Origin: Planctomycetota bacterium
Lineage (GTDB): Bacteria; Planctomycetota; SZUA-567; H5-PLA8
Direction of reading: 5' to 3'
Length of the DNA: 10,754 bases
NCBI GenBank assembly: GCA_038227875.1
Contig: JBBRPR010000118.1
Location: forward strand, 1 to 10,754
This document shows positions 1 to 7,744 of the stretch, one piece after another. The notes under the pieces were generated by a model. It was not told the DNA's origin and made no database searches. It saw only the letters and a program-made list of their open reading frames with translations. A program made the translations under genes and the position numbers. Position 1 is the stretch's first letter. The number at the start of each line of letters is the position of its first letter.

Positions 1-320
1 CCGAGAGTTCTTCAGCCAGCAAAAGCAAACGAACTCATGCCGATGAGTTGCTGCTGCGCGGGACAGTTTTCAACGAGCGCGGATTGGCGATGCGGGAAGT
101 AAAGCTGCGCATCCGGCGAGCCAATGAGAAAAAGAGTCACTGGGAAACGCATACGAATTCCAGGGGAGAGTTTGCAATTCGCGTGCCGCCCGGATCAGAT
201 TACGAAATGCAGGCGGCGAGCAAAGGGTTTGAAACGCAGACGCGAGCGATAAGCGCCAAAGACAGCAGCGGCGACGAAAAGATTATTTTCCATCTGAAGC
301 CTGCAGAAGGAGGCAAGTGA
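1..320 (+). CDS. Carboxypeptidase regulatory-like domain protein, 5'-partial
   Basis: The frame is open from the window edge (codons from position 3) to TGA at 318-320. The pattern LRGTV...V.LRI...T.TNSRGEFAIRVPPG.DYEMQA..KGFETQTR.I is typical of carboxypeptidase-regulatory-like beta-sandwich domains. The stop overlaps the next start (GTGA). Confidence 0.8.
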   Translation, partial: ESSSASKSKRTHADELLLRGTVFNERGLAMREVKLRIRRANEKKSHWETHTNSRGEFAIRVPPGSDYEMQAASKGFETQTRAISAKDSSGDEKIIFHLKPAEGGK

Positions 321-682
321 TGAAGACCTGGCGTCAAGTGGTTGGACTGGCTGTGGCGCTTTCCTTCTTTGCGGCGTTCGTGGCAGCGCAGGAAGCCAAG
401 AAAGAATCGCAACTGCGCAGCGTGCACGGCATTGTGACCGACAAAGCGGAAACTCCCCTGCCCACGGGCGTGGTGTTTCTGAAGAACACACGCAACAACG
501 CGGTGCGCAGTTACATCGCGGACGAAACGGGAAGTTACAAGTTCAGCGGTTTAGATCCGAATATAGATTACGAAATCCATGCGGAGAAAGACGGCGCCAA
601 GTCCCCTACCCGCGCGATCTCCAGTTTTGAAAGCCGCAAGGAAGTGGTGGTCAATCTGAAAATTGACACCAAGAAAAGCTGA
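317..682 (+). CDS. Exported carboxypeptidase regulatory-like domain protein
   Basis: Signal-peptide-like N-terminus (KTWRQVVGLAVALSFFAAFVAAQ), then VHGIVTD...V.LKN...ADETGSYKFSGL....YEIHAEKDG. AGGAGG precedes the GTG/ATG start, and the gene is translationally coupled to the upstream one. Confidence 0.88.
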   Translation: MMKTWRQVVGLAVALSFFAAFVAAQEAKKESQLRSVHGIVTDKAETPLPTGVVFLKNTRNNAVRSYIADETGSYKFSGLDPNIDYEIHAEKDGAKSPTRAISSFESRKEVVVNLKIDTKKS

Positions 683-718
683 TCGCGGATCGCTGAAGAA
701 ACCTGGATACAAGTAGTG

Positions 719-758
719 AAATAAAAAACGCGCCGAAAAAACGGCGCGTTTTTTATTT
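719..758. terminator. Bidirectional intrinsic terminator
   Basis: Perfect 17-bp inverted repeat AAATAAAAAACGCGCCG (719-735) / CGGCGCGTTTTTTATTT (742-758) with a 6-nt loop. It gives a GC stem plus U-tract on both strands and lies between convergent genes. Confidence 0.92.
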
Positions 759-773
759 GCTCTACTTTCCGGG

Positions 774-2378
774 CTATTGCTGGGGCTGCTGGCCGCCGAT
801 CTGTGTACCGATCACTTCTCCACTCACGATAATTTCCACGCGGCGATTTTTCTGGCGCCCCGCGGCGGTGGTGTTCTCGGCGATAGGATTGTCTTCGCCC
901 AGGCCGGCAGCGGAGATGGAGTTCGTATCCAAACCTTGCTGGACGAGGTAATCGCGCACCGTACCGGCGCGCTGCTCAGATAGCTTCTGATTGAACGACG
1001 CAGTTCCGGTGGAGTCGGTGTGACCTTCCACCTGCAGACGTAACCCTGGGTAGGCTAGAACGATTCCGGAGAGCTTCGCCAACGCTTCACGCGCGGGACT
1101 GCGCAAGGTGTACCGGCCGGTGTCAAACAAAACGTCGCCGATATTTACGACCAGGCCGCGGACGGTGTCTCGGGTCTCCAGAACGCGGTTGAATTGCTGC
1201 AGCAGCTTGGCGCGAAGCTCCTGTTTGTCACGCTCGGACTGCGCGGCGAGTTGCTGCGCTTGTTGAGCCTGGGCCTGGGCATCCTGAGCCTGCTGGGCAG
1301 ATTGCGCCGCTTGCGCAGCCGATTGCGCGGCGGCGTCACGGGCCTGCTGCTCCTGCAGCATAGCGGCCTGGCGCTGGGCGTCAGACTGCGCCCGGGCAGC
1401 GTCCGCTTCGGCGCGCGCTTTGGCTTCCTGGGCGGCTGCTACTTCAGCCTGCATACGCTGGCGGTCGGCATCGGCGCGGCCCTGGGCTTCGGCTTCCTGC
1501 GCCGCACGGGCGCGGCGGGCCTCGTCGTCAGCAGCGCGCTGCTGCTCTGAGACGTGTTCGTCTTCCTGGCGGCGCACTGCGATGTTTCGGGCGTCTTCGG
1601 CGGCCTGCGCCGCTTCCCTAGCAGCCGTGGCCACGGCTTTGTGCTGCTTGCGCAACTGGTAGTCTTCGGCGCGACGCAAAGAGTCTTCGGCCTTGGTCCA
1701 CGACTCGGGCGCATACCGCGCCGCGCCCTGGGCCTTGGCGATGCGAAGGGCGTTACGCGCTTCGTAAAGCGACAGCGGGACTTTCGAATCGGATAGGTAG
1801 CGCTCCAGACGCATGTCGTCATACGTGCCACGCTGCAAAAGTTCAAACTTGGCATCTACGCTGCTGACCGCGCCGCGGGTGTCTCCGCGGACAACGTTTT
1901 CGAGGGCGACAACTTCACTGGGATAGCTCACCGCAAAGTACGGCTCGGCGGTCACGATCATCGCGAAGGTCTGGAGATTCGTGGTGACTTGCAGCTTGCT
2001 CTTGCCGCCATCGAGCAACAGTTCGCCGAGATTGTTCGGCGTGCCCTCGGGCGAAATAGCCCACAGAACATAAGTCAGGTACGCGGAGCCGAAACTCGAG
2101 GCCGGCTCGATGTGCTCGAACTCCGCCTTGATCGCGATGCGCCCGTTCTTGGCCTCGATTTCGGCCTTACCTTCGGCGCGGGCCATGAGCGGTGTTCCCT
2201 GGAAGTCGATCTTGGTGGAACTGCGATCGCGATAGTTGACCACCTGGGTGGTCCGAGACACGCGAATGTTTATCAGCGAACCCGAGCGCGATTCCTGGGC
2301 ACGCGTGGATTGAGGCGAAGCATGGGCACCGGAAATCACAAACAGACAAAGAGTCAAAGTAAAAAGGGACTTAAACAT
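774..2378 (-). CDS. OmpA-family protein (signal peptide, N-terminal domain, Ala/Gln-rich coiled coil, C-terminal OmpA-like peptidoglycan-binding domain)
   Basis: C-terminal motifs DVLFDTG, VEGHTD, NQKLSEQRAGTV, GLGEDNPIA and NRRVEI. The start is placed at ATG 2378 (MFKSLFTLTLCLFVISGAHA), which has GAGG upstream, rather than at the ORF-track start 2426. Confidence 0.93.
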   Translation of the reverse strand: MFKSLFTLTLCLFVISGAHASPQSTRAQESRSGSLINIRVSRTTQVVNYRDRSSTKIDFQGTPLMARAEGKAEIEAKNGRIAIKAEFEHIEPASSFGSAYLTYVLWAISPEGTPNNLGELLLDGGKSKLQVTTNLQTFAMIVTAEPYFAVSYPSEVVALENVVRGDTRGAVSSVDAKFELLQRGTYDDMRLERYLSDSKVPLSLYEARNALRIAKAQGAARYAPESWTKAEDSLRRAEDYQLRKQHKAVATAAREAAQAAEDARNIAVRRQEDEHVSEQQRAADDEARRARAAQEAEAQGRADADRQRMQAEVAAAQEAKARAEADAARAQSDAQRQAAMLQEQQARDAAAQSAAQAAQSAQQAQDAQAQAQQAQQLAAQSERDKQELRAKLLQQFNRVLETRDTVRGLVVNIGDVLFDTGRYTLRSPAREALAKLSGIVLAYPGLRLQVEGHTDSTGTASFNQKLSEQRAGTVRDYLVQQGLDTNSISAAGLGEDNPIAENTTAAGRQKNRRVEIIVSGEVIGTQIGGQQPQQ

Positions 2379-2519
2379 TTTTCCTCGATTCCTGAGTGGC
2401 GAGCGATGAGGGAAGCAGAGTGACAACAGTCAATTCTAGCGGGACTACCAACCGTGACCATCGGGCAAAGCAGGTATGGCGATCAGTGAACGGCACCGTG
2501 AATCAATTCTTGAAATTAC

Positions 2520-2547
2520 TGGTGCCGGCGGAGGGAATCGAACCCAC
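2520..2547 (-). pseudogene. tRNA 3' fragment (T-arm, acceptor 3' strand, CCA); Leu- or Thr-like, isotype uncertain
   Basis: The minus strand reads GTGGG-TTCGATT-CCCTC-CGCCGGC-A-CCA. No complementary 5' acceptor strand or D-arm lies at the expected distance upstream. Confidence 0.85.
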
Positions 2548-2566
2548 GGCCCACGTTGAATCCACG

Positions 2567-2579
2567 TAAGTTATTGATT
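2567..2579 (-). promoter_or_regulatory. IHF-binding consensus site
   Basis: Minus-strand AATCAATAACTTA matches WATCAANNNNTTR exactly and lies about 20 bp from the tRNA fragment. Confidence 0.65.
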
Positions 2580-2623
2580 CTACGAACAGCCAGAAACCTC
2601 AAAACCGCCAAAAACGTGTTTCG

Positions 2624-2645
2624 CGGCTACGCGGCGGTTACGCGG
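2624..2645 (+). repeat. 11-bp tandem direct repeat, candidate integrase arm-type sites
   Basis: CGGCTACGCGG (2624-2634) and CGGTTACGCGG (2635-2645), about 80 bp from the att core. Confidence 0.55.
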
Positions 2646-2652
2646 GACTGTA

Positions 2653-2925
2653 ATGGCAAGTTGATCTGGCCCGGGTTCGTGGGTACCCGGAAATTGTTTC
2701 GCATTCGAAGACCGGCCAAGATCCCCAACGGGACTCCTATTCAGCTATAAAATCCGGCGAGCTTGCTGTAAGCCGAGCGTTTTTTAGTTCAACCACGCGT
2801 AGCGCTGCCTCCGGCTTGTTTTCGTTGATTTTCCGCGTTCGAGTGTACGAAGACAACTTTGAGGACTGATCGTTGGCGAACGGGTGCCGGAGACAACAAT
2901 GATTGTGGGAATACAGAGCTCGCCT
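2653..2925 (+). repeat. Dispersed structured element, copy A (candidate ncRNA or ssDNA element)
   Basis: Shares ordered blocks GGTACC (2682), CGAAGACC (2706), GCGTAGC (2797), TCCGGC (2810), GATCGTTGG (2868) and GATTGTGG (2901) with copies B and C, plus ATAAAATCCGG (2747) with copy C. Boundaries are approximate. Confidence 0.8.
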
Positions 2926-3213
2926 CCCCGGAATTGATCCGCAACCACCCTCATTTCGTTGCTCCGACGGCATAGTACGCCGTCCCTCGCGATCTTCGGC
3001 CTTGGGACCGGACGTGTTGATAGACTATCCAACTGGAGATAATGGATGTTTACGCACCCCTACATCGATCCAGACAGATGCCCCTTGGACCCAGAGGCGA
3101 AGGGCCGGAAGTCGTGCCCGAGGTGTTCCCGACCAGACAAGCCATGCTGCAATATTGTCATCGAACCCGGGAGCCAGTGACAATTAGAGGCGCAACCGCC
3201 AGGAGGTGGAATC

Positions 3214-4107
3214 ATGCAACTGGAAGATCGCAACCGACTGCAAGTGTGGTCCCGTCTCGCCGCTCTGGTTGGAATTATGTGTCTGCTGTCCGATTTTGGA
3301 CCGGCGCGGGCTCAAGCGCGGAATCACCCTGATGCCTCCGACCTAGGTGCGATAGCGCGGCAGGCAACGATCGAGATTTGTCGAAATCGAGATTCCACTG
3401 CCATTGATCGTTTCTTTTCCGAGCCGTTCGTGCAACACGATCCGAACATTGGGGACGGACTGCCCGGCCTGAGGGCTTTTGTTACCGAGCTAGCGAATTC
3501 TAGGACGACGAACATTACGATTTATCGCACGGTTGTGGATGGCGACATCGTCATGCTTCATTCGAAATACGAAGGCTGGCCCGGCTTTTCGGGGCCGGTC
3601 ATAGCGTTTGATCTTTTTCGTTTCAAGGACGGCAAAATCGTCGAACATTGGGGCGGACAAACCCCCGAGACCGGTCCCAATCCGTCCGGGCATACGCAGG
3701 TGGATGGCCCGACGGCCGTTGTTGGTCGCGAACGGACCGAAGCCAATCGCACTCTCGTTTCCGGCTTCAAGCAAGTCGTGACCGTTGAATTGCGTTTCGA
3801 TCGTGTCGGTGAGTTCATCGATGGTGATCATTACACCCAACATGCCTCCAAAGTTGGTGATGGTGGCGCACGGATGCAAGCGCGGGTCTCCGGGGTGGTG
3901 AAGCCCGGCGCTGCGCAGGTGCTGATTCCTCGACTCTACATCGCGGAAGGCAATTTCGTGCTTGCCCTCGTCGAAGCACGCACCGACCCGCCCACGGCGA
4001 ACTACGACCTTTTTCGAGTGGAGAACGGCAAGATTGTTGAGCATTGGGACGTGCTCTCTGTGATTCCGCCGCGCGATCACTGGAAGAACACCAACGGCAC
4101 CTTCTGA
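3214..4107 (+). CDS. Tandem SnoaL-like / NTF2-fold protein with probable signal peptide
   Basis: Two homologous halves: FVQHDP...DG...DGDIVMLH...FDLFRFKDGKIVEHW and YTQHAS...DG...EGNFVLAL...YDLFRVENGKIVEHWD. AGGAGG lies at 3201-3206 and the hydrophobic N-terminus ends in ARA. Confidence 0.9.
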   Translation: MQLEDRNRLQVWSRLAALVGIMCLLSDFGPARAQARNHPDASDLGAIARQATIEICRNRDSTAIDRFFSEPFVQHDPNIGDGLPGLRAFVTELANSRTTNITIYRTVVDGDIVMLHSKYEGWPGFSGPVIAFDLFRFKDGKIVEHWGGQTPETGPNPSGHTQVDGPTAVVGRERTEANRTLVSGFKQVVTVELRFDRVGEFIDGDHYTQHASKVGDGGARMQARVSGVVKPGAAQVLIPRLYIAEGNFVLALVEARTDPPTANYDLFRVENGKIVEHWDVLSVIPPRDHWKNTNGTF

Positions 4108-4483
4108 GAATCATATGGGAAAGGCAATCGGGAGTGAGTGATCTGTGGCCGAAGGGCAATTAGCCCTGCTAGTCGACACCAATCATTTAGGAGACTAAAA
4201 ACTCTTGGCCGCCGCCTTGTACGGATACAATCCTGACGGAAACCTGTCATCGCATGCGGGCTCTATCGCCCCGTGAAAAGCGTGCGCCCATCAACGAACC
4301 GGAGCTTGTTGCCAACTGGGTAGACACAATAAAAACTGCGTTCACCCCACGGTTGTGTTTCAATCGATCGGAGAATGGAGCCGTTCGGCTGTTTGAGACG
4401 GCGAACACCACATTACGCATGAAACAAATCGCCAGGTCTGGGCGTATCCTAGAGCGCGTACCTTCAGCGTCGGGGCCAAGCCG

Positions 4484-5134
4484 ATGGCGGAACTTTCTCC
4501 CGTGGCGTTCCATGCACCCACTGCGCTGCCGGCGCAGCCCTCCAGCGTTGGCACGCGAATTCGCTGGGGAATTTGTGTCCTGCTGTGCCTGGGAGTTGTA
4601 GGTGTAGCTTCGAAGTATTACTTTCGCCGGCCTGTCGGGCACTTCAACGAACATTACTGGTTGTTGCTGTCGCACATCGTTGGAGGTTCCGTCGCATTGC
4701 TCTTTGGACCGTTCCAATTTTCGCGACGGCTGCGCGATCGCAATCGTTCGCTTCACCGGCGAATGGGTCAGGTCTATCTCTTGGCTGTTGCGCTGGGTTC
4801 CCTGGCGGGATTCGCGTTGGCATTTTTCTCTGTTGGCGGTGTGGTGACCCATTTCGGCTTCGGATTTCTGGCCGTAGCGTGGTTCTTCACCGGTTGGATG
4901 GCCTATCGCTATGCCCGCGCAGGACGCATCGAAGAGCATCGCGAGTGGATGATCCGTAATTTTTCACTTTCACTGGCGGCGGTTACGCTGCGCCATTATT
5001 TGCCCTTCGCGTTGTTTGTGCTCCACTGGCCATTTTTACGCGCATACGTCCCCATTTCATGGCTATGCTGGGTCCCGAATTTAATCGTGGCCGAATGGAT
5101 CATTCGACGGCGCTGGGCTGTCGCGACAATGTAG
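4484..5134 (+). CDS. DUF2306-family membrane protein
   Basis: Multiple hydrophobic helices with family-typical motifs HIVGG.VALL.GPFQF, HRRMG.VY and HREWMIRNFSLSLAAVTLR. The exact start is uncertain. Confidence 0.87.
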   Translation: MAELSPVAFHAPTALPAQPSSVGTRIRWGICVLLCLGVVGVASKYYFRRPVGHFNEHYWLLLSHIVGGSVALLFGPFQFSRRLRDRNRSLHRRMGQVYLLAVALGSLAGFALAFFSVGGVVTHFGFGFLAVAWFFTGWMAYRYARAGRIEEHREWMIRNFSLSLAAVTLRHYLPFALFVLHWPFLRAYVPISWLCWVPNLIVAEWIIRRRWAVATM

Positions 5135-5590
5135 TGCGTGCAACCAGACCCCGCCTTCAAACGTCGCGTGTATTTCTGATGCGGATATTCACTGTTTTCA
5201 CTTATTGGCATTCAATTTTATGAACTCTGAATCTGCTCCCCAAAAACTCCAGCAACCGTCTGATTCAATGCTTACCCCTTTTTCCAACAGTGCGGGGCGG
5301 CTGTGAACATAGAAGCCTCGATCAGTTGCACCGCGTCATGCCGTGTCAAGTGGAGCGCGGCACAATTCCCGGCTTCGTAACTTTAATCGGGGATTTCCCT
5401 TTTGCCCTCGGATAGGCACACTTATACACCCCGGGGCCCATCCTATTGAACTTCTCGACTCCGCGGAACCTGATGCAGAGCCGCGAAGCTTTCTCGCTGA
5501 GCTCGAAGAGTCGATGACACCGGAGCAAAAAGGACAATTGACCGAGCCGTGGCCCGGTAGCGAACCGAAAGGCGAGGTCTCAACACGAAG

Positions 5591-5788
5591 TTAGGAATCC
5601 CGAAACGTTCGGCCCATCTCCTGAACGTTTTGGTCAAGCTCTTCTTCGGTGCTGGCGTAAGCGAGATTATGGCATCCATCAACGGAGCAATGTCGGGAAA
5701 ATCGGGTAACGTCACCAACAACGGTTGTTCCGTTTTCAAGAGGTGCCGCTGGATGGTCCGGACAAATAAGGCGAATTTGCGCATCCAT
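5591..5788 (-). CDS. Small hypothetical protein with CxxH...CxxxxC putative zinc-binding motif (65 aa)
   Basis: MDAQIRLICPDHPAAPLENG...RHCSVDGCHNLAYASTEEELDQNVQEM. GAAGG lies upstream of ATG 5788. No recognised family. Confidence 0.45.
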   Translation of the reverse strand: MDAQIRLICPDHPAAPLENGTTVVGDVTRFSRHCSVDGCHNLAYASTEEELDQNVQEMGRTFRDS

Positions 5789-5865
5789 TTTAGCGACCTT
5801 CAGACCGTCTAACATGTGAGCGCCATTATATATGTGCAACACAGAATTATCATCACCGGCCGTCT

Positions 5866-5955
5866 TTGCTCGTCTAACTTCCGACAACAATGCGTTTTCT
5901 CCTTTTGGGGATACTTCTTGTAATGGTTGAATTATGGTGGGATTTCAGCTACTGA
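5866..5955 (+). pseudogene. 5'-truncated, frameshifted copy of the small membrane protein at 7553-7738
   Basis: ARLTSDNNAF / LLLGILLVMVELWWDFSY* aligns with ARLTSHTNAFSFFLLLGLILVMVELWRDFSY*. It has an 8-nt deletion in the T/C run and lacks the N-terminal half. Confidence 0.75.
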
Positions 5956-5957
5956 CT

Positions 5958-6240
5958 TGAGAAATTAAAAAGAACGGCGGAACTGGCCGAGATCCCACTG
6001 CCGAATCATCGGTACCAAAAAATTATTCTAAATACGAAGACCTGCTTAAGCTCTCATCGGGCCCCCTCATTCTCGGTGCGGTGGGACGGTAGAACCCGCT
6101 GATCTCCCTAAAAACCGCGTAGCCCAACTTCCGGCATGATTTAGGCAAAGATCGCCTTCACGCATGTAGGAAGAGGCTCTCAGCAATCGATCGTTGGGCT
6201 ACGGATGCGGGAGACATCAAGGATTGTGGGATTACGACTG
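5958..6240 (+). repeat. Dispersed structured element, copy B
   Basis: Blocks GGTACC (6011), CGAAGACC (6035), GCGTAGC (6117), TCCGGC (6130), GATCGTTGG (6189) and GATTGTGG (6222). Perfect 11-bp inverted repeat CGTAGCCCAAC (6118-6128) / GTTGGGCTACG (6193-6203). Confidence 0.85.
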
Positions 6241-6351
6241 CGTAGTGGCGTTTCCAACGGTCGTAGGACTGCGCGACGCGAGCATCTGACAACTGAAGTA
6301 GTATGCTTTTGAGCTTTAGCGTCAACGGAACCTGCGATACGGGAGCTTTCT

Positions 6352-7434
6352 ATGGCGATCATTATTTCTAGGGATGGAAAGAATGCAAAGAGAATCGACA
6401 AGTCTGATTTCGCCGAAGAAGACCAGCTCCAACAATACATCTACGCGAATCCCGAAAGTATTCCGCTTTATGACATTAAGGAAGACATTCGCCTGCTCCT
6501 GCTAGGAAGAGAATTTCCCACTGATAGTGGACCTATCGATGCCATCGGAATTGATAAAGACGGCGACATCTACTGCGTCGAAACCAAACTCTACAAGAAT
6601 CCAGACAAGCGCCTGGTCGTCGCTCAGGTGTTGGACTACGGCGCTTCACTCTGGCGCTCGTATCAGGATTTCAGTGAATTCACCGGGTGGATGGAAAGGG
6701 AGGCAAACAAGACGTTTCGAGTAAGTGTGTCTCAGCGAATCAAAGACTTCTTTGTGATGGAGGATGACGATGTTACGAACACACTTCACGCCGTAAAGCG
6801 AAATCTCAATGCCGGCAAGATTAAATTTGTCGTCTTAATGGATCAATTGCATGATCCTCTTAAGAATTTAATCGTTTTTCTTAATCAAAGCAGCCGTTTT
6901 GATATCTACGCTGTAGAGATGGAATTCTATCAGTACGAAGCATACGAAATCATGATTCCAAGACTATTCGGTGCCGAGGTCAAGAAAGATGTCGACGCTG
7001 CGTCTCAAAGTCCGAGACGCGCGTGGGATGAAAATAGCTTTTTGACTGATCTCAAAACTAAGAATGTGACTGAATCGGACGGTTTTGCAATCAAGAAGCT
7101 GCTTAATTTTTCGCGAGATGTCGCCGACGAGCTGAGCTGGGGGACCGGCGTCACTACTGCGTCGTTCAGTGCCAAATTCCGCAAAATTGCACGCGGTTCC
7201 CTATATACGGTTAGGTCAGATGGAATTTTCATCCCTAATTTTGGTTGGTTAAGTGGTAATGAAAAGTCAGAAATGTACCGAGATGAGTTTGCTAAAGATT
7301 TGAGAAACATTCCAGGCTTGAACATCCCCGAATCTTACGAAAAATTCTATCCCGCGACCCCAGTTGCGAAATGGAGCCCTTTTGTTGATCGCATCATCCA
7401 GGCCGTGCAGCGTCTGCTTAGCATCCAAGGTTGA
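6352..7434 (+). CDS. PD-(D/E)XK nuclease of NucS/RecB-like type with an additional C-terminal domain
   Basis: Motifs E..LQ (EEDQLQ), GPID, VETK and QxxxY (AQVLDY) fall in the first ~100 aa. GGAG precedes the ATG, and the gene is visibly AT-richer than the OmpA gene. Confidence 0.85.
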   Translation: MAIIISRDGKNAKRIDKSDFAEEDQLQQYIYANPESIPLYDIKEDIRLLLLGREFPTDSGPIDAIGIDKDGDIYCVETKLYKNPDKRLVVAQVLDYGASLWRSYQDFSEFTGWMEREANKTFRVSVSQRIKDFFVMEDDDVTNTLHAVKRNLNAGKIKFVVLMDQLHDPLKNLIVFLNQSSRFDIYAVEMEFYQYEAYEIMIPRLFGAEVKKDVDAASQSPRRAWDENSFLTDLKTKNVTESDGFAIKKLLNFSRDVADELSWGTGVTTASFSAKFRKIARGSLYTVRSDGIFIPNFGWLSGNEKSEMYRDEFAKDLRNIPGLNIPESYEKFYPATPVAKWSPFVDRIIQAVQRLLSIQG

Positions 7435-7552
7435 ATGCTTAGGTAGCTTGTTTTGATAAATTGGCTTTTCCGAATTTACAATTCCGTCGCCACAGTTCAA
7501 GGCCTTAGAATAGGGCGGAGTGCTTACAACAGCCTTGGAGAGCTAAATAATA

Positions 7553-7738
7553 ATGTTCGATGCCGAAACCAAGAAGCGAAAACGAAAACCCTGGGGCTGG
7601 AAGCGGATCGCGGGTGGCGTTTGCATCGCGTTGGCGCTTGTTGCTCGTTTAACTTCCCACACCAATGCGTTCTCTTTTTTTCTCCTTTTGGGGTTAATTC
7701 TTGTAATGGTTGAATTGTGGCGGGATTTCAGTTACTGA
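7553..7738 (+). CDS. Small membrane protein (61 aa, basic N-terminus, two predicted hydrophobic segments)
   Basis: GGAG upstream; KKRKRK followed by IAGGVCIALALVA and FSFFLLLGLILVMV. Differences from the paralogous remnant at 5866-5955 include synonymous (tta/cta, ttg/tta, agt/agc) and conservative (L/I) changes, with the same stop. Confidence 0.62.
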   Translation: MFDAETKKRKRKPWGWKRIAGGVCIALALVARLTSHTNAFSFFLLLGLILVMVELWRDFSY

Positions 7739-7744
7739 CTCCAG

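Larger units (their letters stand above)
2520..2645. mobile_element. Attachment-site scar (att) marking the boundary of a tRNA-integrated element that extends to the right
   Basis: tRNA 3' fragment, IHF consensus at 2567-2579 and an 11-bp tandem repeat at 2624-2645. Gene content becomes mosaic to the right. No integrase is present in the window. Confidence 0.75.

Noticed and set aside
1240..1560. Low-complexity GC-rich repeats inside the OmpA gene
   Set aside because: Explained by the Ala/Gln-rich coiled-coil coding sequence.
2520..2600. Intact tRNA gene (a 5-bp stem with a 7-nt loop sits where the anticodon arm would be)
   Set aside because: The loop GGATTCA lacks the invariant U33, and there is no D-arm or 5' acceptor strand complementary to CGCCGGC.
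3042..3332. 96-aa ORF with GGAG upstream
   Set aside because: It overlaps the SnoaL gene by about 120 nt, the SD spacing is too short and no domain is recognisable.
4361..4370. CAATCGATCG identical to 6184-6193 in copy B
   Set aside because: The flanks show no similarity, and a 10-mer match is expected by chance in this window.
3490..4939. Minus-strand ORFs 3490-4080 and 4247-4939
   Set aside because: Antisense shadows of the SnoaL and DUF2306 genes.
5343..5594. 83-aa plus-strand ORF
   Set aside because: No RBS and no recognisable motif; possibly a gene remnant, but not supportable.
6122..6199. Integron attC site (GCCCAAC...GTTGGGC fits RYYYAAC/GTTRRRY)
   Set aside because: There are no paired L boxes next to R'. 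Homology between copies extends well beyond both R boxes, copy A lacks the AAC, and the site does not follow a cassette stop codon.
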